Assembly (NCBI GenBank): GCA_946545015.1 | Contig: CAMNMV010000001.1 | Span: 26,420 to 90,419, forward strand | Reading direction: 5' to 3' | DNA from: an uncultured Clostridium sp. | GTDB taxonomy: Bacteria > Bacillota > Clostridia > TANB77 > CAG-508 | DNA length: 64,000 nt | Shown here: positions 55,019 through 64,000 of the stretch, piece by piece | How positions within the stretch are numbered: the stretch's first letter is position 1 | Layout of the letters: each line of letters opens with the position of its first letter | Notes under the pieces: model-generated | Databases searched by the model: none | What the model saw: only the letters and a program-made list of their open reading frames with translations | What the model was told of the DNA's origin: nothing | Made by a program: the position numbers and the translations under genes

Positions 55019-55522
55019 ATGGAAATTTTTACATTATTAGAGACATTAGAAGATTTATTAGAAAATAGTAGAGGAGTGCCATTTTCAACAAAAGTAATTG
55101 TTAATAAAGATGACATATTAGATTTAATTAAAGAAATTAGATTGAAATTACCAGATGAATTAAAACAAGCAAAATGGGTAAAAGAAGAAAGACAAAGAAT
55201 ATTGCTTGAAGCACAAAAAGAAGCAGATGGTATTGTTAAAGAAGCAGAAAATAGAATTATAGCTATGATTGATGAACATGAAATTACAAGAAAAGCTTAT
55301 GATCAAAAAACTGAAATCATCGAAACAGCAAATGAAATGTCTAGAGAAATTTCAAGAGGAACTAAAGAATATGCTGATAATATTTTAGAAAATACAGAAA
55401 ATGTATTAACAGATACTTTAGGAAAAATTGAAACTAATATGAGCGAAGCCCTTAAATTAATGCAAATTTCATTAGAAGATACATTAAAGACTATACAAAA
55501 TAGTAGAAAAGAATTAAAATAA
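55019..55522 (+). CDS. Hypothetical coiled-coil protein, 167 aa
   Basis: Helical, E/K-rich. Sits where coaD is usually found downstream of rsmD. Confidence 0.4.
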   Translation: MEIFTLLETLEDLLENSRGVPFSTKVIVNKDDILDLIKEIRLKLPDELKQAKWVKEERQRILLEAQKEADGIVKEAENRIIAMIDEHEITRKAYDQKTEIIETANEMSREISRGTKEYADNILENTENVLTDTLGKIETNMSEALKLMQISLEDTLKTIQNSRKELK

Positions 55523-55637
55523 TTAGGATTTACTAAAAGTCAGATATCAGAAGTCAGAAAATGAAAATTGACTTTTGTATACTGACTTTTATTAACTAGA
55601 TACGGATGTTAAAAATAAAAAAGTGAGGTCGAAATAT

Positions 55638-58055
55638 ATGGCAAAAAAAAGAAGATATACGAAAAGAAAAAATACCGGTAAAAGAGCTTCAAAAGCTTCA
55701 AATGAAAACTTATCAATTATAGTATTAATTATAGTTGGTATTTTATTGGGATTTTTAATATATACAAGATCTGGAACAATAGGAGTAACACTAAATGAAA
55801 TTTTAGGCGGAATGATGGGAGTTTCGAGATTACTATTACCAGTAGGAATTATAGGGGTTGCGATAAAATTAGCTTGTGCTGATAATGAATATGTTACTTC
55901 GAAATTAGTTAAATTTGGAATAGTTTTAATAAGCATTTCGGTAGTAATGAGTGTTATTCAAATATCATCAGGAGAATTAAGCTCTGGAAAAGAAATTTCA
56001 GAAGCATTAAAAGATGCATATTATATTGGTTCACAAGGAAATGGTGGAGGAGCATTGGGAGCATTACTTGCGATACCACTTGCAAAATTAATAGGAAATG
56101 TTGGAACAATAATATTATTTATAGGAATTGCAGTAGTTTTAGCTGTAAATACTTTTGGATTAAATATTGCTGAAATGATAAGTTTATTAGTTGAAAAACA
56201 TCAAGAAAGACAAGAACAAAAGCAAGAAGAAAAGATGGAAGCTAGAGAACAAAAAGAAATCGAAAGAGCAAAGAGAATAGCTGAAATGAAAAATAAGAAG
56301 AATGAAAAAACTAAAAATATGGATATGGACTTGGACGATGAAGCTGAGCCAGAACAAATTAAAATTAATTTTGGAGGAAAATTATTAGGAAATCATGAAA
56401 ATAAAAAATTAAAAAAATATAATCATGATGCAGATGATTTAGTTCCTTTAGGAATGAAAACTCCTGAAAAACAAGAAATGCAACCAGATGTAATCGAAAA
56501 TAATTTGTTTAAACAAGAAGAAGAACAAAAAGAAGATAAAACCAAAGAAGTGTTACAATTAGAACATACTATAACAGTAGAAGATGAAAATTATGAATAT
56601 CCACCTGTAGAAATATTATCAAAAGGAAATTCTAAAGGATTAAAAGGAGGAGCAAAAGCTTTAACTGATACAGCTGCCAAATTACAAAAAACGTTATATA
56701 GCTTTGGGGTTTCAGCTAAAGTTGAAAATGTATCTGTTGGTCCAGCAATAACTCGATATGAATTAAAACCAGCAGAAGGCGTAAGGGTAAGCAAAATTGC
56801 TAATTTAGCAGATGATATAGCTCTAAATTTAGCAGCAGAAACAATAAGAATAGAAGCTCCTATTCCAGGAAAACAAGCTGTAGGAATAGAAGTTCCAAAT
56901 AAAGAAAAACAAGCTGTTCATTTAAGAGATGTATTAGAAAGTGATGATTTTGAAGATAGTAAATCTAAATTAACAGTAGCACTTGGAAAAGATGTTGCGG
57001 GAAATATTCAACTTGCTGATATTGCTAAGATGCCTCACGTATTAATAGCAGGATCAACTGGTTCTGGTAAGAGTGTATGTATTAACACAATTATTACAAG
57101 TATAATTTATAAGGCGAAACCAAGTGAAGTAAAACTTGTTATGGTAGATCCAAAAGTTGTTGAACTTTCAGTATATAATGGAATACCACATTTATTAATA
57201 CCAGTTGTAACAGATCCTAAAAAAGCTGCAGGAGCATTAGCGTGGGCTGTTCAAGAGATGGATAACAGATACAACTTATTTGCTGGAAAAGGTGTAAGAG
57301 ACTTAGTTGGATACAATAAAGCTGTAGAAAAAGATGGACAAGCAGGAAAATTACCACAAATAGTAGTAATAGTTGATGAGCTTGCAGACTTAATGATGGT
57401 TGCAGCAAAAGACGTTGAAGAATCAATATGTCGTTTAGCACAAAAAGCTAGAGCTGCTGGAATGCACTTAGTAATAGCTACCCAAAGACCATCAGTTGAT
57501 GTAATCACTGGTTTAATAAAAGCAAATGTTCCATCAAGAATTGCATTTGCGGTATCATCTCAAGTTGATTCTAGAACAATATTAGATAGTGTTGGAGCAG
57601 AAAAATTACTTGGAAAAGGAGATATGTTATTTTTCCCAGCAGGTGCTGCAAAACCATCCAGAGTTCAAGGTGCATTTGTATCAGATGAAGAAGTAGAAAA
57701 AATAGTTGACTTTATAAAACAAAATGGTACAGCTACATATAGTGAAGATATATTAGAAACTATAGAAAATAGTCAAAAAACTGATAAAGAAATTGCTATG
57801 GAAAAAGAAGATGGAGATGAAACAGATCCATTCTTAATGGATGCAATAGAAACTGTTGTTGAAACAGGACAAGCATCAACATCATTTATTCAAAGAAAAT
57901 TCAAAGTAGGATATGCAAGAGCAGGAAGAATAATTGATCAAATGGAAGAAAGAGGAGTAATTTCAGGATATCAAGGAAGTAAACCAAGAGAAGTATTAAT
58001 GACATTAGAAAAACTAAAAGAATTAAAAATGTCAACAAATAATGTTGAAGAATAG
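55638..58055 (+). CDS. ftsK: DNA translocase FtsK/SpoIIIE
   Basis: N-terminal TM helices, acidic/Lys-rich linker, motor domain with Walker A GSTGSGKS and Walker B VVIVDELADLMM, C-terminal winged-helix gamma domain. Start at ATG 55638 (RBS GTGAGG). Confidence 0.9.
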   Translation: MAKKRRYTKRKNTGKRASKASNENLSIIVLIIVGILLGFLIYTRSGTIGVTLNEILGGMMGVSRLLLPVGIIGVAIKLACADNEYVTSKLVKFGIVLISISVVMSVIQISSGELSSGKEISEALKDAYYIGSQGNGGGALGALLAIPLAKLIGNVGTIILFIGIAVVLAVNTFGLNIAEMISLLVEKHQERQEQKQEEKMEAREQKEIERAKRIAEMKNKKNEKTKNMDMDLDDEAEPEQIKINFGGKLLGNHENKKLKKYNHDADDLVPLGMKTPEKQEMQPDVIENNLFKQEEEQKEDKTKEVLQLEHTITVEDENYEYPPVEILSKGNSKGLKGGAKALTDTAAKLQKTLYSFGVSAKVENVSVGPAITRYELKPAEGVRVSKIANLADDIALNLAAETIRIEAPIPGKQAVGIEVPNKEKQAVHLRDVLESDDFEDSKSKLTVALGKDVAGNIQLADIAKMPHVLIAGSTGSGKSVCINTIITSIIYKAKPSEVKLVMVDPKVVELSVYNGIPHLLIPVVTDPKKAAGALAWAVQEMDNRYNLFAGKGVRDLVGYNKAVEKDGQAGKLPQIVVIVDELADLMMVAAKDVEESICRLAQKARAAGMHLVIATQRPSVDVITGLIKANVPSRIAFAVSSQVDSRTILDSVGAEKLLGKGDMLFFPAGAAKPSRVQGAFVSDEEVEKIVDFIKQNGTATYSEDILETIENSQKTDKEIAMEKEDGDETDPFLMDAIETVVETGQASTSFIQRKFKVGYARAGRIIDQMEERGVISGYQGSKPREVLMTLEKLKELKMSTNNVEE

Positions 58056-58180
58056 CTGCTTTCGGGGACACTTCAAAAAAACAGATTTCTCAAAATGCTA
58101 AATTCTCGGAGTATATATATACTCCGTTTTTTTATATATTTTTTATTTGACCTGTTTTTTTGAAGTGTCCCCGAAAGCAG
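58056..58180. repeat. 125-bp element with perfect 29-bp GC-rich terminal inverted repeats (CTGCTTTCGGGGACACTTCAAAAAAACAG) enclosing the ftsK terminator hairpin
   Basis: Left arm 58056-58084 is the exact reverse complement of right arm 58152-58180. Confidence 0.7.
58105..58133 (+). terminator. Rho-independent terminator for ftsK (CGGAGTATAT/ATATACTCCG palindrome plus T7)
   Basis: Perfect palindromic stem at 58105-58126 followed by TTTTTTT. Confidence 0.75.
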
Positions 58181-58212
58181 GTTTAAAAATAGAAAAAACA
58201 TCTTGAAATTGC

Positions 58213-58241
58213 TTGCAACAAAATGATAAATAATATATAAT
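58213..58241 (+). promoter_or_regulatory. Candidate sigma-A promoter TTGCAA-17-TATAAT
   Basis: Hexamers at 58213-58218 and 58236-58241. Confidence 0.5.
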
Positions 58242-58287
58242 AAAAGCGTATAAATTTGGATAAAATACTAAAGAAAGGAGATATGTT

Positions 58288-59883
58288 TTGCAAAAGAAAA
58301 AAGAAAAGTTTTTGGATAAAATTGTAAAGAAAAATTATAATAATGAATTAGAATTACTCTTGGAAACAAAGCCTTTTGATGAGAATACAAAAAACATACT
58401 CCTTACAATTTTGTATAAGATTGAAGCTGCATATAAAGATTATGAACATGTTAAACGTAATGTTATGCCAAAAGATGAGTTTTTACAAATGATTATAAAT
58501 ATAATAGAAAATAATGTTAATGAAATTAAAATTGTAAAAATGAATTCTGAAGAGGCTAGTGTTTTAAATAACAAGTCTTTTTTTGTAGATAAGAAAAATA
58601 AGAAAATTATATGTTATCCAATTGAAAGAAATTTATTATATGCACTTTCAAAAATATGTAAAAAAGATATTATTATAAAAGATAAATATGATGTTATTAA
58701 TGTTACTTTATCTGATTTATTAAATACTGGTAATAATATTAATACTGTTGAACCATTACGAGATTTTAATGGATTTTCATGGTCAACAGTTACAAAAGAA
58801 ATTGAAAGTATAGAACATAATTTAGTATATCAAGTTTTAAGAATATTGGTAGGAGCTAAATTTTTAAATGATTGGATTTATAATAAAGAATTTATTATAG
58901 ATTATTATGAATTGTTTGTTACTAAATTAGAAGAAACTTATGGAAAAGAAATTTCAGACGAGTTAATAGATATTATTTGTAAATTATCTGTATATCTTGA
59001 TATGAAATATAATAAAGAAGTGTTAGTACCATTGTTTAAAGATAAGGAAAATATAGAAAGAAAATTAAACCAAATACGTGATAAAAAAGAATTTATAAAA
59101 GAGGTAACAAAACGAAAGAAAGATATAAATAAGCAAATAAGAAAAATAGATGAAACTTTGAATGATAAAATATTATTACAACAAGAATACAAAAAAAGAA
59201 ATGAAAAACTGCCATTGGATAGAAAAATATTTAGTATGAAAATCTTAGCTGATGCTATGAGAAGAGAAAGAGAGAATTTAATAAAAAAACGTAAGTTATA
59301 TAATGAAATGCTGACACCTCAAAAGTTTGTTAAATACAAAAATGATTTAGAAAATAAATATGAATATTTAAAATTATTAGAAAATGGCAATCATGATACT
59401 TTAGAAACAAATATAAAAAATGAACTTTTAGAATTTCAAGATAAATTTTTAGAATGTTTTAAGATAAAAATACAAAATGCAAAAACAAAAGAAGAAATTA
59501 AAAAACTATTATATGAATTTAGATATTATACTAATTTACCATATGGTAAAAAACAATATATTAATGATATAAAAGAACTAACACAAAAGATTGATGAAGT
59601 TTCACATATGTTAATACTTAAAGCTGTTTATGAAAGAGAATTAATACAAATTTCTAATAATGAAATGTTTGATTATAGTATTTTTAAAAATATTTTTAAT
59701 ACACGAATAATTGATTTATACAATATAGAAATAAATATTAAAATTGAAAATAATGAAGTGTTTTTTCAAATGTTTGATGAAAATGTATTTGAAGAAAAAA
59801 TTAAAATATGTGATTTAAATCAAATAGATACCAATGGATTATTAATAAAAACTAATAAAAATATTAAATTATTTAATGCATAG
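58288..59883 (+). CDS. Hypothetical 531-aa Lys-rich cytoplasmic protein (TTG start)
   Basis: RBS AAAGGAG 7 nt upstream of TTG 58288. No TM helices, no recognisable catalytic motif. Confidence 0.5.
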   Translation: MQKKKEKFLDKIVKKNYNNELELLLETKPFDENTKNILLTILYKIEAAYKDYEHVKRNVMPKDEFLQMIINIIENNVNEIKIVKMNSEEASVLNNKSFFVDKKNKKIICYPIERNLLYALSKICKKDIIIKDKYDVINVTLSDLLNTGNNINTVEPLRDFNGFSWSTVTKEIESIEHNLVYQVLRILVGAKFLNDWIYNKEFIIDYYELFVTKLEETYGKEISDELIDIICKLSVYLDMKYNKEVLVPLFKDKENIERKLNQIRDKKEFIKEVTKRKKDINKQIRKIDETLNDKILLQQEYKKRNEKLPLDRKIFSMKILADAMRRERENLIKKRKLYNEMLTPQKFVKYKNDLENKYEYLKLLENGNHDTLETNIKNELLEFQDKFLECFKIKIQNAKTKEEIKKLLYEFRYYTNLPYGKKQYINDIKELTQKIDEVSHMLILKAVYERELIQISNNEMFDYSIFKNIFNTRIIDLYNIEINIKIENNEVFFQMFDENVFEEKIKICDLNQIDTNGLLIKTNKNIKLFNA

Positions 59884-59902
59884 ATAAGAAAGGTGATAGA
59901 AT

Positions 59903-61546
59903 ATGAAAATTACATTTTTAGGAGCGACAAAAACAGTTACAGGTTCAAATTATTTAGTAGAAGCTGCAGGAAAAAAATTCTTAGTTGATTGTGGGATGTG
60001 GCAAGGAAGTTCAGAGCTTGAAGAAGAGAATGTACAAGATTTTGAATTTAATCCAACAGAGATTGATTTCATGCTTTTAACACATGCGCATATCGACCAT
60101 TCAGGAAGAATTCCAAAATTATATAATGAAGGATTTAGAAATCCAATATATGCTCATAAGGCAACATGTGATTTATGTGCATTAATGTTACCAGATAGCG
60201 GACATATACAAGAAATGGAAAGCCAATGGAAAAACAAAAAAAGAATAAGAAAAGGATTAGAACCACGAGAACCACTATATACAGCAGAACAAGCGGCTAG
60301 ATGTTTAAAAATATTTAAAGCTGTTAAATATGATGAAATAGTTGAAATAGACGAAAATATTCATGTTAGATATAATGATGCAGGACATATGTTAGGATCT
60401 AGTATAATTGAATTATGGGTAAAAGAAGATGGAAAAGAAATTAAAACTGTATTTACAGGAGATATAGGCAATAATGATATTCCTCTTTTAGATTCTCCAA
60501 CAATGATTGAAAGTGCAGATTATCTTGTTATGGAATCAACATATGGAAGTAGATTACATGTTAGAAATGATGAAAAAGCAGAAATGTTCTTAAAAATTGT
60601 TTCAGAAACTTTAGATAATGGGGGAACTGTAGTAATTCCATCATTTGCAGTTGGTAGAACACAAGAAATTCTATATGAACTAAATAAATTAAAAGAAAAC
60701 AAAGATGATGAAGAATTTATTAGAGAATACCAAACATTAATGAATGCACCTGTTTATGTTGATAGTCCACTTGCTATTTCAGCAACAGAAGTATTTAAAG
60801 ATAATACAGAATTATTTGAAGATGAAATAAAAGAAGAAATATTAAGAGGAGATAATCCATTAGAATTTCCAGGACTTAAATTTGCAATGACAACAGAAGA
60901 ATCTAAAGCATTAAATGAAGACAATACTCCAGCTATAATTATATCAGCTAGTGGAATGTGCGAAGTAGGTAGAATCAAACATCATTTAAAACATAATTTA
61001 TGGAATCCAAAAAGTACAATACTTTTTGTAGGATACCAAGCACCAGGGACATTAGGATATAGTATAGTAAATGGGGCAAAAAAAGTAAAAATATTTGGTG
61101 AAGAAATTGCAGTAAATGCAAGAATTGAATATATAGAGGGATATTCTGGTCATGCTGATCAAGAATGGCTTATGAATTTTATTTATTCATTTATAACAAA
61201 ACCAAAACATATCTTTTTAGTACATGGTGAAGAAGAGTCTCAAAAAGTATTACAAGAAAAAATAGTAAACGAAGCTGGAATAAATACTATAATACCAGAT
61301 TTTGGAGAAACATATGAATTAAATGATGACATTAAAGTAATAAATAAAATCGAGAAGAAACTTCCAGTAACCTTAAGAGATGAAGTAATGAATAGATTAG
61401 AAAAGGTTAAAGCAGAGCTTAAAGATATGGATGAATATGTAAAATCTGATATGGTTAATCCAGATTTAAAAGATGAAGATATATTTAGAATTAATGAAAA
61501 AATTAAAGATTTAGAAAAACAAATTTTAAATGTAATAGATGGATAA
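59903..61546 (+). CDS. Beta-CASP family metallo-beta-lactamase-fold ribonuclease (COG1236, CPSF73/Ysh1-like)
   Basis: MKITFLGATKTVTGSNYLVEAAGKKFLVDCGMWQG and the HxHxDH motif (THAHIDHSGRIP). Downstream beta-CASP region. C-terminal coiled-coil extension. Confidence 0.8.
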   Translation: MKITFLGATKTVTGSNYLVEAAGKKFLVDCGMWQGSSELEEENVQDFEFNPTEIDFMLLTHAHIDHSGRIPKLYNEGFRNPIYAHKATCDLCALMLPDSGHIQEMESQWKNKKRIRKGLEPREPLYTAEQAARCLKIFKAVKYDEIVEIDENIHVRYNDAGHMLGSSIIELWVKEDGKEIKTVFTGDIGNNDIPLLDSPTMIESADYLVMESTYGSRLHVRNDEKAEMFLKIVSETLDNGGTVVIPSFAVGRTQEILYELNKLKENKDDEEFIREYQTLMNAPVYVDSPLAISATEVFKDNTELFEDEIKEEILRGDNPLEFPGLKFAMTTEESKALNEDNTPAIIISASGMCEVGRIKHHLKHNLWNPKSTILFVGYQAPGTLGYSIVNGAKKVKIFGEEIAVNARIEYIEGYSGHADQEWLMNFIYSFITKPKHIFLVHGEEESQKVLQEKIVNEAGINTIIPDFGETYELNDDIKVINKIEKKLPVTLRDEVMNRLEKVKAELKDMDEYVKSDMVNPDLKDEDIFRINEKIKDLEKQILNVIDG

Positions 61547-61574
61547 AACACATAAGAATAAATGGAGGTTATAT

Positions 61575-62681
61575 ATGCCTGAAAAATATAATATGAAAAA
61601 AACAACAAAAAGTAGATTAAAACAATTTCACGGAGATGAAAAAAAGTTTGAAAATACTATTGTAAATGAATATTTGCCAAAGGTATTAAATGGAGAAATA
61701 ACAATACAAGATATAGAAAAAGAATTAAAAACTTCTATACATACGATTGATAGAATTGTTAAAAGTTATTACATTGCTAATGAAAATAAAGAAGGGATAG
61801 AAGTATATACCGAGGCCAAAAGAAAAAATATGGGACATTCTATTGAACAAAGAAAAAAGACTGAAAATGATCTAGAAGAAGTTAGAAATTATAAAATAGT
61901 TGATAAAACAAATTTTATGGCACTTTCAGACGAAGAACAAGATAGACAAATAGTTATGAAAATTAGAAAAAAGTTACTAGATGAAAAAGGAAAAAACAGA
62001 AATTATACTATGTCTGAAAGTACTACTAAAGAAAATGTTCAAAGAATTAAAGAATATTTTAGACATAAAAATAATGAAGAACAAAAAATTGTGAGATTTT
62101 CAGATGAGGATATTAGAAATATAATATTTGATTATCCCAAAATTGTAAAAAAAGATAATAAAAGTTTAGATGAAAAAATTGAGGTATTAAAATCTTGCGA
62201 TGCAATTGGAGAAGAAAAAGCATATGAAATTGTAAAAAGTTTTCCAGGTATTATGGGATATGATACAGAAAGAACAAAAGCTCAAATTGATTTATTAGAA
62301 TCAGAAGGCTTGCTTGATTATGTGCTAAACAAACCAACCGGATTCATGAATGGAGTTGATACAATGTATGCATTAATAGAATTTGCAAAACAAAGATATG
62401 CTCCTAATGACTTAAAAGGCGTAACAAGAAGTAATATATTTATGGCAAATAGAGTATTAAAAAAAGCACATAATATTGATTATGACACATTAAAAAAACA
62501 ATATCCATATGTTGAAAAAGAAGGGGAAAGACAATTTGACGATGAAAATAAATGTAAGATAAATCCATATGCAATAGGAATATGTGGTACAACTGATATT
62601 GATGTTCAAAAAATACAAGATGCAATGGAAAACTTAAATGTAAGAGTAAACCAAAGACAAAGAGTAAAGGGGGAAGAATAA
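61575..62681 (+). CDS. mTERF-like repeat protein with N-terminal HTH-like segment (putative nucleic-acid-binding)
   Basis: RBS GGAGG 7 nt upstream of ATG 61575. At least three tandem ~35-aa repeats resembling mTERF units: FSDEDIRNIIFDYPKIV..., IGEEKAYEIVKSFPGIMGY..., LDYVLNKPTGFMNGV... Confidence 0.4.
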   Translation: MPEKYNMKKTTKSRLKQFHGDEKKFENTIVNEYLPKVLNGEITIQDIEKELKTSIHTIDRIVKSYYIANENKEGIEVYTEAKRKNMGHSIEQRKKTENDLEEVRNYKIVDKTNFMALSDEEQDRQIVMKIRKKLLDEKGKNRNYTMSESTTKENVQRIKEYFRHKNNEEQKIVRFSDEDIRNIIFDYPKIVKKDNKSLDEKIEVLKSCDAIGEEKAYEIVKSFPGIMGYDTERTKAQIDLLESEGLLDYVLNKPTGFMNGVDTMYALIEFAKQRYAPNDLKGVTRSNIFMANRVLKKAHNIDYDTLKKQYPYVEKEGERQFDDENKCKINPYAIGICGTTDIDVQKIQDAMENLNVRVNQRQRVKGEE

Positions 62682-63173
62682 ATGACCGAAGTTTATAGAA
62701 ATGCCTTTACAGAAGTTTATGAGATTATAAGTTATTTAAAAGATGTTGATTATAATAAGATTCCCAAAAATGTTATTAAAAACTTAGAAAAAAATAGAAA
62801 TAGTGAATATGATTTTTTATTAGATGAAACCAAAACTTTAGATGAACAAGATTTGTTACCAGAAACAAGAGCTATATTATTTAATTTTTATAGAGATTAT
62901 TTTGCAACCCCTAAACAAAAAGAGCAAATGATTAATTTTCAATTAAGTGAAACTTATAGATTGGAAGAAGAAAAAAAGGCTAATTATGATGATGAAAATG
63001 ACAAAGTTTATAATAATACAAACAATATAAAATCTGAAAAAATTGAAAACAAAAATAATGAAACTATGAAAACAAATAAACAAGAGACAAGTCTTGTTGA
63101 AGTTAATAAAACAAATGTGTTTTCAAAAATGTTTAGATTTATAAAAAATCTTTTTAAAGGAAAAAAAGATTAA
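62682..63173 (+). CDS. Hypothetical 163-aa protein
   Basis: ATG overlaps the upstream stop (TAAATG). RBS GGGGGAAG. Confidence 0.45.
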   Translation: MTEVYRNAFTEVYEIISYLKDVDYNKIPKNVIKNLEKNRNSEYDFLLDETKTLDEQDLLPETRAILFNFYRDYFATPKQKEQMINFQLSETYRLEEEKKANYDDENDKVYNNTNNIKSEKIENKNNETMKTNKQETSLVEVNKTNVFSKMFRFIKNLFKGKKD

Positions 63174-63281
63174 AGATGTTAAGTATAATAACAGGGATAA
63201 AAAAATAAAGGATTATTAAATTTATTGTGGTTTATAGACAACTTTAAAGTCTAAATATAAATAATAGATAAAGGAATAAAA

Positions 63282-64000
63282 AATGAGTAGTAAATATTTA
63301 AATGAAGCAATGATAGGTAATCAAAATATTTTAGCAACTTTTACAAGTAAAGGAGAATTACAAAGATTATATTTTCCTAATAAAGACAATAGACAATATA
63401 TAAGTTTTTATCATACAGGAGTGCAAATAAACAATTCTGATTTAATATATTTACATGATGATATAAATAATACATATAAACAATATTATGAACCAGATAC
63501 AAATATATTAAATACTGAAGTTACAAATTCATATTTTAATTTGAAAATGTTACAAACAGATTTTGTACCAATAAAAGAAAATGTTGTTATAAAAAAATAT
63601 ACATTTATAAATGATAGTAAAATAGATTTAGATGTTAATTTCTTTATACATTCAGAGCTTTATACAGATAGAAATAATTTAGTTGGAGCTAAAATAATAG
63701 ATAGAGGTGTTATGCAATATGCACATGATTTTGTAGTTTCAACATTTACAAAACAAGAAAAAATAGCAGGACATCAAATAAATGGAAGTAAAGAAAAAAT
63801 TAAAAGATGCGAAATATATGATAAAGATTATATAGGAATGTCTAACGATGCATCAATAAAATATACAATAGGAACTATTCATCCAAATGAAAAAAAAGAA
63901 TTGGTAATATATATTTTTGTTGATGAAAATAAAAATATTTCAGATATGGAAGATGAAATAGATAGAATAACACGTCTTGATGTAAATAAAGAATATTCAA
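63282..64000 (+). CDS. Glycoside hydrolase family 15-like (glucoamylase N-terminal domain) protein, 3'-partial (runs off the window)
   Basis: Open frame from ATG 63282 to the window end. N-terminus AMIGNQNILATFTSKGELQRLYFPNKD matches the GH15 N-terminal pattern (IGNG...A.V...G.I.WLC.P.FD). Confidence 0.35.

Noticed and set aside
58050-58190. Target-site duplication flanking the 29-bp inverted-repeat element
   Set aside because: The flanks (GAATAG / GTTTAA) show no direct repeat. Without other copies a transposition origin cannot be established, so I report it only as MITE-like.

Overview
This window reads as a very AT-rich (about 27-30% GC by eye) chromosomal core segment of a Firmicutes/Clostridia-type genome. 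Proteins are Lys/Asn/Glu-rich and genes carry AAAGGAGG-type ribosome-binding sites. Almost all genes lie on the + strand and most are recognisable housekeeping genes. In order: obg; a TGS-uridine-kinase fusion and an RNHCP protein; a U32 peptidase on the - strand; queA and tgt split by an inserted membrane transglutaminase-like gene; a fatty-acid/acetyl-CoA carboxylase cluster (fabD-fabG-fabF-accB-fabZ-accC-accD-accA-fabI); asd on the - strand; femAB-alr; ftsH; a cell-wall (LPXTG) anchored papain-family peptidase; split transketolase; a divisome/cell-wall block (ftsE-ftsX, two coiled-coil M23 peptidases, ctpA, pgsA); greA; deoD on the - strand; dxs; divergent mutS2/mutL; miaA; sepF-divIVA; rsmD; ftsK; then a co-directional block of unknown genes containing a beta-CASP metallo-beta-lactamase nuclease and an mTERF-like repeat protein. 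I could not recognise any rRNA, tRNA, CRISPR array, IS element/transposase or integrase. The features not explained by ordinary annotation are seven. (1) A MutL with an intact ATPase domain, an interdomain linker about 450 aa longer than usual, and (by eye) loss of every metal-binding residue of the Firmicute MutL endonuclease motifs, with no mutS next to it. (2) A four-gene block pairing a CPSF73/Ysh1-like beta-CASP nuclease with an mTERF-like repeat protein. (3) A 125-bp element with perfect 29-bp GC-rich terminal inverted repeats enclosing the ftsK terminator. (4) A GC-elevated 0.8-kb islet of two small genes, each with its own consensus extended -10 promoter and terminator. (5) A self-contained 55-codon small-ORF cassette missed by the ORF track. 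(6) An AATGTTACAAAAAT-containing region present at two intergenic sites, each followed by a related TTAC repeat, plus a phased TTACA array upstream of rsmD. (7) Several departures from canonical Firmicute gene order (no hfq after miaA, no coaD after rsmD, no rplU-rpmA before obg, queA/tgt split). All family assignments are by eye from the translated sequences; no database search was run.
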